DNA of 64,000 nt, taken from NCBI RefSeq assembly GCF_001194135.2, contig NC_068987.1, forward strand, positions 5,039,564 to 5,103,563. The letters run 5' to 3'. Of the stretch, positions 53,641 through 64,000 are shown in pieces (position 1 is the first letter of the stretch; each line of letters opens with the position of its first letter). A program made the position numbers and the translations under genes. The stretch is from Octopus bimaculoides (Eukaryota). The notes beneath the pieces were generated by a model. It was given only the letters and a program-made list of their open reading frames with translations. It was not told the origin of the DNA and made no database searches.

Positions 53641-56600
53641 CATTTCTGTGGGGGGTGGGGGGATGAAGAATTTTAATTGTTTCTATCTACCAAAAGATGA
53701 AGTCCTTGTGATGTGGAGGCTTGTATGCCTCAATGGCAGAGATCTATGCCAGTGGAGTGCAACCCCCTGGTAAGGTTTCCCCATGTGGGTCAGGTCAGAG
53801 GATAGAGGCTAGACTAATATGGACCCTCTCTTCATAGAAGTAAACAAAAAATGGGTTTGTATGTGGTCAACACTGGTCAACCCAGAAACAAAAAGCTGAA
53901 AAACAAAACCCCCAAAAATGCAATGTTACAGAAGCATCGATGACAACTCAAAAAGAAGACCAAGAACAGAGTCAAGTATAGTGGGGAAAAGCTATCGATG
54001 GCTTATGCTTCATAGAGTAAGAGGATTAAATAAAATTCCAGTGTGGTGTCCAATCACAAATGCACCCAGATCCATGTGGTTTGGAAGCAAACTTCTTACC
54101 ACATAGCCTTGCCTTATGGATTTTATTTCATAAGAGAAATCCCCTTTGAGATTTATCAAGATTCAGGTTGAGAGTGGAAAATGAAGAGTTGCAGGTTAAA
54201 AATGAAAATAGACATTTGGAACCGGTTGATTTACCTTGTAAATTTGTTTAGAACATGAACACCCAAAACACAAAACCGTTATTTGTTAACTGAATTCTAA
54301 AAACTGCTTTCTAGCAGAAGATGCTGGTTTTGAATCCCATCATTTTGACAAATGCTGTAAGTTACTGAATACTGTACTTGATACTAAAAATCTATTTCCG
54401 GAAAATAGCAGTTAAAATTAGTGTCTGAATAATCATAATTACAGATTTCCTAATTAAGTACAAAGCCACAAATTTGTAATGGAGAAGAATGAGATTATGC
54501 AGCATTCATGCTGCTTCCAGAGGTGTTAGTGTTGACATAAAAGGGATTTGGATTTTAACAGGAATGAAATTCAGACCCTAAACTCAGATGACAGGAAGCT
54601 AGCTCCTAGTTTCATTCGACTTAAGATTATTTATCAACAAGTATATTATCCTCTCTGTTATAGGCACAGGGCTTGAAATTTTGGAGAGAAGGGCTAATCA
54701 ATTACATTGACCCCAGAACTCAACTGGTATTTATTTTATTGACCACCCCCTCACCAAAACAATGAAAGACAAAGTTGGTCTCTACAGAATTTGAACTTGG
54801 ATTGTAATGATGGGTGAAATGCCACTAAAGCACTTTGCCTGGTCTACCGATGGTTCTGCCAGCTTGCAACCTTACCAACAAGTAAACATTAACGATCAAA
54901 TCACTGTTAAGCACTGATTATTAAATCACTGATCTTTCAATCAGCTAGCAGCTGATATTTGCTCCAGATGAGATGACATCCAGAAGCTAAAAAGCAATCT
55001 GGAGCCAGCAAGTTCACCACCAGTGCTGCAGTAAACCTTTTCATGCTGCTGAGATTTGTGTTTTTAATCTCGTATGTCGACAAGAGATACTTTTTCAAGA
55101 CAATTCCCACAATTTAATAAAGCTTTCAACATGTCTACACACTATTACAAGTATCTTTTCTGACAAAGCTAAGATCACTTCCAGTAAGAAGGAGGAGTGA
55201 AGATAATAGACTTTACTGGCATATGTCAGTATCAGCCAGGCTCATCCAATGCTGTTATACACTGCTGATCACAATGCACTTCCGATTCTGTCTTCATTGT
55301 GTATATATGCCTAGTCCATATTTTTATTTATTTTGGGAGAACTTACCAACCATATGGTTCTGTGTTCAGTCTCACTGCATGGGACCTTGGGCAAGTGTCT
55401 GCTACTTCAGCTCGAAACAATAACTGTGTATCGCGATTTCCAGTTTATTTGAGCTGAGCGATGCACAGATATTGTTTTGAGCTGAGTGGGGGTGCTAGAT
55501 TCCCTTATTCGAAAATATAAGGACACAGATTGTGTCGTATAACCAGCTGGAGACGATGTCTTTCGGGGCTAAATTACAGCAACATTTGTCCTAAACCAGG
55601 AATGCCATGTTATGTTGGCGAACAATCTTTACGTTTGTTTAACGCTTTTGCAATTTGAATGAATTTTATCCCTTTTTCATACATATGACAATGGAATGTC
55701 AGGCAAAAAAGAAGACAAAAAAATCCCCAACTTATCTGATAAGCCAATATACAGTGTTTCTATGATGACAATAGATCTGATGATGAGCAATGTCTCTGAA
55801 ACTAGTCTCTGGATGCTGATTTTCTGGGTGGAGGTACTTGTCTCTACTTTGAAAACATAAGGACACAGGAAATGTGTCAAGTCCAACAGGAAACGGTGTT
55901 TCCTAGGGCTAAATAACAGTAGCATTCTTCCCTTTCATGGGACTGTCACATTAAGTTGACAACATGCTATCACTTTATCGTGCTGCTACTGCATAAATCT
56001 CTCAGAGATTTAGAAATATATTATTATGACAATCGATCTTTTGACAGTTTTGACAATGAGTATTCCAGTTGTTTGACCAATAAGACTGCCACCTCAACAT
56101 ATTACAGCATGAGTGTTAAGAGTATTTTATAGACATTTTTACTTTTAATGAAATCCTCCAGCAGAATCAGCTTGACGAGGTTTGCTCTCCTGAATTAATG
56201 GCAAGTACAGTCTATCTACTCAATGCCAACACAGTTTCTATCTTCTCAATTTCACCTACAAGACTTGGGGGTGGGGTGGGGTTAGGTGAATGATCTGAAG
56301 CTAAAGCAGAAGACGTTCACCCAAGGTGAATATGCTGTATTAAAATGTTTAGCTCACAGCGTTTCACCCAAGGCTGATTTAATAACAAAACCTGATACAA
56401 GCTTTTATGATGTCTTTGCGGGTTTATTAATAAAGCATATTACTCTACCTCCAGTATTTGAGTACTATTTTTTCCACCTTGTTTCACATTTATGTGCTTA
56501 CTCTGGGGTATATATGGATAGGAAAAGCTTTTTTTTTCTGTCGAGGGCTTATATGCCCCTTTATTAGACTATTTTCCGTAGTCCTTGCACGGTGCTCACC

Positions 56601-57125
56601 ATAAGCTTTAAGCTTATGTAAAAATACTATATATGTATAGTGAGATAGAACCCAATGCTTCATGTTTGTAAGGCAAACTTTTTTTAGCATTTAGTCACAT
56701 CTGTACAGACTGATTATGTGCACAGACGTAACAGAAAGCTAGAAATGAAATGTTCAAACCATAAAGCTTAAAGACACGTACTAAAACAAAACGAATAAAT
56801 GGGAGATATTTAATAAACTATATTTGTTTTGGTCTTAATTTTGGTGACAGAGAATCATATAAAGTTATGGATATGTTTTAAAGCATTTACCCCTATTCCC
56901 TCACACATATTAGGTACTTTCAGTTATTGGACCGTGGCCATGCTTAAGAGGCTCTTTAGTTAATTATCTGCCCCCACCCAGCATTTAATCAATCTCAGTC
57001 AAATAGCTAAGTTCATAGCAGTTATATTCTTTTTGAAAGTTATCTCTCTCTTTTACAGACTTTAATACTGCAGAGAATTTACATCGGTATACACATACCT
57101 ACACACATCATCATTTATATATATC

Positions 57126-57161
<36 letters not shown>

Positions 57162-57189
57162 GATGTAGGCTTTGGTGCAGTTTCCATCT

Positions 57190-57971
57190 AGCCAGTATGC
57201 CGTTGGATGTGTAATGTCAATGTGAATACCCGTCAGAGTGTAAGTATCTTGAGAGAAAAGCTGAACATTAGAAGCATCAGTTGTGGCGTGCAAGAGAGAC
57301 AATTGCGCTGGTATGGACATGTGGTGAGAATGGATGAGGATAGCTGCGTGAAAAAGTGCCACACCCTAACAGTTGAGGGAACCCGTGGAAGAGGTAGGCC
57401 CAGGAAGACCTGGGCTGAGGTGGTGAGGCAAGACTTTCGTACATTGGGCCTCACCGAGGCGATGACTACTGACCNNNNNNNNNNNNNNNNNNNNNNNNNN
57501 NNNNNNNNNNNNNNNNNNNNNNNNNNNNNNNNNNNNNNNNNNNNNNNNNNNNNNNNNNNNNNNNNNNNNNNNNNNNNNNNNNNNNNNNNNNNNNNNNNNN
57601 NNNNNNNNNNNNNNNNNNNNNNNNNNNNNGCACATGAGATGCACCATTTTGAGCGTGGCCGTTGCCAGTACCGCCTGACTGGCTCCCGTAGGATTTTTGA
57701 GCGAGATCGTTGCCAGTGCCCCTGGACTGGCTTGTGCGGGTGGCACATAAAAGACACCATTTCGAGCGTGGCCGTTTTCGTGCGGGTGACACGTAAAAGC
57801 ACCCACTACACTCTCTGAGTGGTTGGCGTTAGGAAGGGCATCCAGCTGTAGAAACTCTGCCAAATCAGACTGGAGCCTGGTGTTGCCATCCGGTTTCACC
57901 AGTCCTCAGTCAAATCGTCCAACCCATGCTAGCATGGAAAGCGGACGTTAAACGACGATGATGATGATGAT
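57190..57971 (+). mobile_element. 5'-truncated RTE-clade LINE: end of RT ORF, 3' UTR and (GAT)n tail
   Basis: The ORF translates LRWYGHVVRMDEDSCVKKCHTLTVEGTRGRGRPRKTWAEVV, a typical non-LTR RT C-terminus. It is followed by the 3' UTR ending CCAACCCATGCTAGCATGGAAAGCGGACGTTAAACGACGATGATGAT, the commonest repeat in the window. Confidence 0.9.
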
Positions 57972-58234
57972 AAACAGGATCCACATGGTAAAAGTCAAAC
58001 AGAAGTTACAGAAGATACTCGACACTCAAAGTGCCACACAGTGGGATGGTACTGCCATTGTATCTTGTATGTATGTATGTATGTATGCTTAATCATTTGA
58101 AGCAAGGAATGATTCAATAAGGCTTTATGAACGTATAGTTCCTACTTACAGGTAGTAAATTTTTCTTTCATTTTTACATTCAAACCTATATAACTAACAA
58201 TTCAAGTCATCTTTCACAGTTGACATATAATGTA

Positions 58235-58278
<44 letters not shown>

Positions 58279-59867
58279 TTTACATATAAAGTTTTAGTGT
58301 TTGATCTGATGAAAAAATATACTTTTATAGAACATATATAAAACTGCTGTGTGCGTGTATATCCTCACCATTTAACATCTGTTTTCTTTCCATGCTGGCA
58401 TGGGTTGGACAGCTTAACAGAAGATGGTGAGTGAGAGGACTGTGCCAAGCTCTACTCTCTGCCTTGGCATGGTTTCTGCACACAAGACAGAAAAGGGCAG
58501 TGTGGCGCTTAGAGTCATTCTGCTGTGTCCCTTCTGATACAGTATAGCACTGCATATAATCAGTCACGGGAGGGCAAGCAGCATTACATAGATAATATAA
58601 GTACGTACACATGCATACTTGTGTATGTATGGGTGCATGCATATAACACCAAAGATATGCACACACAACACACACACACAAATATTTGAGTATTTGCTAT
58701 GTTATGTAACAAGAATCTGGAGGGAAACAAAGGAAGAGATTCCTTTTAGAAAAGAATTTGGAATGATGAGTATCTGCATGTGGTGAGCTTATGTATCTAT
58801 GTATATTCGTTTCCTAAACGATTAACATCAAACCTGAAGTAGTTTTAGCTTTGAGTTAAACCATAAGTAATTTGGACAGATGTTGGATCAGCATCTCAGT
58901 GTATTCGTTTAGTGACTGGCTTTATATTAGTGCAATAACAATGTGTACCGTACCATTTGTGATAAGTTGGTACTCCTGTACCAGAGCAGTGATTACATTA
59001 ATTACTTGATGATTGTCATTGCAAAGAGCTAACCAAGTCGTTCCTATGAAGGAGAAGGAGAGAGAGAGGCGAGCAAGGGCAGATATATTAAATAAATAGA
59101 AGACCTCATTTATTCTAAGCTTGTGGCAATCACATGGCCTGATATTTAGACAGAAACTATGGCGATTAAAAACAAGGTAATTGTTTGTTGTTGTGCAATG
59201 TCTGAATGAAATGAGAAGTAAGACAATACTAAAGAATAGAGCCTGAGAACATAGTAAGAAGGACAAACAATTAGTGATAAAGGTTAACTGTTGTAGTAAC
59301 ATGTTTTGTAAGACATACCAGGCCACCAAAGGAGGTATTGCTTCAAGAACAACTAAACTGGGGACAAAACAAAAGACAAAGAATGCAAAGCTTTTTGGTA
59401 GTTGAAATGAAGGAAGGACTATTTGGCTTTGAACGAGCACAACAACAACAACGTTTTCAACATCTGATACGTTGGGAATGGTGTTGCTATTTAAATTTAA
59501 ATCAGTCCAATAGCAACATGATAATAAATAACAGAAGAGTAGAGTCTATCCAAGAAAGAGCGTTCCTATCCCCGTCCCACCCTTTTTCAGCAGCTGTAAA
59601 TGGAAACAGTGTCTGAAGTAGTTCAATAAATAAATCTCTGGAAGTAGCTTATCTCTGATACTGACTCCAATAATGCCTTTACTCAGATAATCCAGGATAT
59701 AATGTCAAACTAAAGCTGACAGCTACGCCATAGAGTTTGAGGAAAAGGTTTCAGCTGGTCGTCGGAAGTAATTTCATTTGTTTTTTCCTTTTAATCATTA
59801 AACGTTGCTTTGGATGATGTCAAAAGTTCTTGTATACAATGTAAGCCAGGAATATGGTTCACTGCTG

Positions 59868-62800
59868 TCACCGGACACCTTTTGGTTTGCCCTTGCGTTT
59901 CTTAAGCATCATCAATTCCTCCTGTTCCCGCTTGATATCCTCAAGATCTTCCAGCCTTCCGATTTTGGCACTGGCAAAGGAAAGAACATACATTTAGAAG
60001 AATACACAAACACACATATATTCTTTTTTTTCTTTTTACTCGCTTCAGTCATTTTCACTGTGGCCATGCTGGAGCACCATCTCTTTTATATATGAATATG
60101 TGTGTGTGTGAGTGTGCATGTATTTTATTAATATTTAGTGGAAGCAACAGAGTAACTCAAAGTCCAACGATTTCGTGCGTCAACACTTTATATACATATT
60201 TACATATAAAGTTTTAGTGTTTGATCTGATATATATATATATATATACATACACAAATATATATATATATAAACCCCTAACTCTCTCACTATATAAATAT
60301 ATATATATATATATGCATATATACGTACGTATATGTACATACTTGCATGAATGGTGCTTATTGCCTGCCACCAGCACGAGAGCCAGTGAGGCGGCACTGG
60401 CATTGGCCACAACTACGATTTCCATCTGATTGTGATTTGATTTGACTCAATAGATCTCCCCAAGCACGGCGTGTCACCTGACGATTCAAAGGTACTTTTT
60501 AAATGGACTGGTTATGCAACACTGGTATAGGCTATGGCTGTGATTTCACTTTACTTGCAGGGTCTTCTCAGTCACAGCATATCTCCAGAGGTCTCGGTCT
60601 TTTGTCATTACCTCTGTGAGGCCCAACATTCAAAGGTCATGCTTCATCGCCTCCGATTATATATATATATAGATTAAAAAGTTTTGAGATTTTATTTATG
60701 TGAGTCAACTGATATGCAAATACTAAACTTACCTTCTAATCTCTTCTTTCATCTGTTGTGAAAATGACGTTTCCATCTTCTCGATATCTGATATATCTTC
60801 GTCTTTGAATCTGAGGAAAATTAAATTTGAACAATTTCCAAACCATAAAATTTGGCAGATATTTAATTGCAGGTCATAATTTACATCATTGTACTCGTTA
60901 CTAAAACACTAAGTCATCATCAGCAATTAATAACCGTTTTTCCATGCTGGCATGGGTTGGACGGTTCAAGAGGAACCTGAGGACTGCATCAGGGCCCAAT
61001 GTCTGCTTTGAGCCACTAGACAATGGCCAACGAATGTGCATGAAGGCTGTGTCCACCGTAACTGACACTGGTGCAAAACTAGAGTCAGTGATGCAGTAGA
61101 GTATTGGCGACCACACTGAGAGACTGAAACCTCATGCACTGAAGGTAACTGTGCATGTGCACAAATGAGGATGCCTGCCACAGTGGCACTGACCAGAGAG
61201 GCATCCGGATGACAAATTTGATATCAACACTACAGCTCCTTACTAGTCTGCTGCTTTGCATGGAGATGTGTACCTGTGTGGTGGCATGACTCTGAGCCAT
61301 AGGCAATGTGGTTGCTCCTTGGAGCCAATCCGTCTTCCAAATGCTTGGATCCAACTTCTCTTACCTGTATTGGTACTATTGATGAGAGGCTGAACACCTC
61401 AGATACAAATTGTGGATGGTGGGTACAGACCAACACAAGAGCTGTGAATTGCAATGAACCCGGATTGTCCGGGGCTGCCAACAGCACACCAGATGCCACC
61501 CAAGACACTGTGCTCGATATGTAAAAGCATTCTAATAAAAGACAAGTAAAAGAAAGGATATACTGCGTACTTACTTTCGTCGATCATAGCCAAAGATACT
61601 TCGAATATATTTAGATACATTTTGGCAGTCATCATCAATTGGTTCATCATCAATAAAACCATCCATGTCATCCTCCTCCTCTTCATCACTTTCAATTACT
61701 CTCCGTCGTTTTACTGGAACAACAACAACAAATAAAAGTAATAAGAATTCTCCCTGTCCCTGCTAACAAGAGTTTGACAACAACAACAATTGATATATCA
61801 CATTGTTAAAAAGTTATATATATATATGTATATAGACACAAGGTGTGCAATAAAATCCAGGCTAGACTCATGTCTTCAAGCAAGGAACTATGAGTAGCTT
61901 GTATCTTTATACTGTGTATATTAAATGATATCTATCTATCACTGAATGGAGTACTTTTTTCCTTAATCTTATCTTAACAAAACAGTTCTCTCTCTATATA
62001 TATATATATCTGTTTATATAAACCAGAAGTGATAAATTACAGGAGTTTATGATGTTTATAATAGAATCACCGTTTCAACCAGAAGGGAAATGAAAAGCAT
62101 GGCCTCGAAGCAGCCATTTTGGTACCTGTTGTTAACAAAGATTTTTGAACGAAAGGATAAGCGTTTATTTCAAACTTTCGTTTCATATTTCAAAAGATAT
62201 TCAGACAGTGGACCTGCAAAACTAAACCAGGCTTAGTTTACCAGCTGAGGATAGGAAATAAGTTACTCTGAGTACTGGAAATTGGAGCCTTTCAGTTATA
62301 ATGTGTGTGTGTATGTATATCATATCTATCTATCTATATATATATATAAGTTCAAAAAAACAATAACAAAAAAACAACAAAGTGAGGACGTGATACGGAT
62401 AGTGTTATTGGACGCTCGGGAAAGGAAAGAGAGAGTGTATTTATATATATATATATATATATATNNNNNNNNNNNNNNNNNNNNNNNNNNNNNNNNNNNN
62501 NNNNNNNNNNNNNNNNNNNNNNNNNNNNNNNNNNNNNNNNNNNNNNNNNNNNATATACATATATATATATATGTATATATTCATATATATTTTTATACAC
62601 ATCTATATTTCTCTCTCTGTATATATACACACACACTCAGAGTGTAATGGGTGCATTATGTTCCTGGAGTGGTTGGCGTTAGGAAAAGCATCCAGCTGTA
62701 GAAACTCTGCCAGATCAGATCGGAGCCTGGTGCAGCCATCTGGTTCGCCAGTCCTCAGCCAAATCGTCCAACCCATGCTAGCATGGAAAGCAGACATTAA

Positions 62801-63952
62801 CCCTTTTGTTACCATATTTCTGTTGAGATGCTGTGTGTTTCTTTCAATTAATTTTAAATATAACAAAGAATTTAGTAAAATAACTTAGTTATCATTAAGC
62901 TAGTGTAAGGAACATGGATTGTGACTAAGGTTTGGTGGAAGATTTTAATTCCAAACTTATGAAAACAAGAGATGTGTACTACAGAACTAGAGGCAGTTCC
63001 AGCCGGATTGGTATCGAAAGGTTAAACAACATACTAAAAAGTAAGAGGTTTAAATAAGAAATTATTTGAAATTTGTTACCTGGTTTCTTAACAGGATCTG
63101 CTTTTTGAATTCCACTGTATATTTTGTCCCAAGTGGATAATGGTTTTTCTTCAGGCTTCGCAGCCGGACGACAGATGAGAAGGTTATTATTCTCAGATGT
63201 GTATTTGTTGGCATTCCCACAGTTTTCAGGGCTTGGTTTGTGTTTGGCAGGTTGAGGCTTGCTCGGTGGATTTGTCTGTTTCTTCTTCTCATTCTTCATT
63301 TGTTTCATTTCGTCTTGCAAAGCCTTCAGTTTACTCTCAAGATCTTTGTACTTACTGTTAAAATCCGTCTCTATTTCTTTGCTCTTTTGTACATTTTTAT
63401 TCTGGTTTATTACAGAATCACTAGTCCTTTTGTTTTCAGAAGTTATATTTGTAGTCCGTTGAGATTTATTTGGTTTTTCTGAGATTTCTTTCTTTTTTAA
63501 TTTAATTTCAGGTGTTGATTTTTTTAAAGAATTATTGTTACGGGAATTAGAAGAGTCAGAGCTTTTGGTATGTTTGTATTCCTTCGAAGACAGTCTCTGT
63601 AATCTGTCTTTTTCATCTTGTGTCATGGGACGGTCAGCGGGACGATTGGAATTGAGAATTTGCTTTGGGTCAGCAGCTTTTTCTAGAGCTATTTTCATTA
63701 ACTCATCAAATTTCAGCGGAGTTGCTCCAGTGCTAGAATTAAATGGTTTTTTCGTTTTGCTAGAAATGTTCGGACGACTGGCACTTGAATCAGAAGCAGA
63801 TTTGGACCCACTAAGAACTGCTGATGCTGTTGACTTACTTGCTTTTAAATCTTTCGAGCTATTATTATTACTTAGAGAGGTTTTTGGTCCCTTTTCACTG
63901 TTAGAATTTCCTGTTCCCTTTGGTATTTTGAAGGTTTCTTTCTTGGATTCAG
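59868..63952 (-). CDS. SPTY2D1: SPT2 homolog (SPTY2D1), histone H3/H4 chaperone; 3' part, 5' exons off the window
   Basis: Exons 63080-63952 (S/K/N-rich; LKFDELMKIALEK..RPMTQDEK), 61575-61713 (DEEEEDDMDGFIDDE..VSKYIRSIFGYDRRK), 60733-60810 (FKDEDISDIEKMETSFSQQMKEEIR), 59868-59970 (SAKIGRLEDLEDIKREQEE..VR*). Splice phases are consistent. The C-terminal 'FGYD....E..Q..EE..S..G..EDLE' block is the SPT2 domain. Confidence 0.92.
62797..63025. mobile_element. piggyBac-type MITE, family 1, copy 3, inserted in an RTE tail
   Basis: TTAA|CCCTTTTGTTACC...GGTATCGAAAGG|TTAA, inserted at the TTAA of the RTE 3' tail (GGAAAGCAGACATTAA). Confidence 0.85.
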
Positions 63953-64000
63953 CTGAAATGAACAACAGAAAATTACTTACTAAAACTCAGGAAATAAGTG

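Noticed and set aside
55762-55819. ATGATGA/CTGA/TGATGA/CTGA (C/D snoRNA-like), overlapping CTGATGA..GAAACTAGTC (hammerhead-like)
   Set aside because: No terminal stem, an 8-nt C-D' spacer and an intergenic location argue against a snoRNA; T-T mismatches close both hammerhead stems I and II.
61085-61524. GC-richer segment with several 70-98 aa ORFs in an SPT2 intron
   Set aside because: The flanking SPT2 exons join in phase without it. A frameshifted 'FSYL-GTIDERL' suggests a decayed LINE RT, too weak to call.
62100-62215. Possible extra SPT2 exon between 61713 and 63080
   Set aside because: The AG/GT-bounded candidate has an in-frame stop in the required phase, and the flanking exons join directly.

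Overview
AT-rich, repeat-dense, gapped eukaryotic genomic DNA. The SINE/RTE-LINE repeat landscape suggests an octopus or other coleoid cephalopod; this is an inference, not a database match. Three intron-rich nuclear genes were reconstructed by hand with consistent splice sites and reading phase. (1) Ku70/XRCC6 on the minus strand: ATG at 15771, 16 coding exons visible, two more inferred inside N gaps, final SAP-domain exon off the left edge. (2) A complete 28-exon DDB1 on the plus strand (18645..48459, 1142 aa), head-to-head with Ku70. It has one GC-AG intron, one U12-type minor-spliceosome intron and an intronic tRNA-Glu(TTC). (3) The 3' four exons of SPT2/SPTY2D1 on the minus strand. Introns and the intergenic region contain RTE-LINE 3' ends, several tRNA-derived SINE families, piggyBac-, hAT- and mariner-type MITEs and minisatellites. 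The most unexpected signal is a set of minimal type-I hammerhead ribozyme motifs of the Penelope-like-element kind. One has an intact catalytic core and lies sense within DDB1 intron 7; related damaged or inverted copies lie just downstream of the DDB1 stop codon and in the intergenic region. Most of the short ORFs in the supplied track are artefacts of repeats or N gaps.
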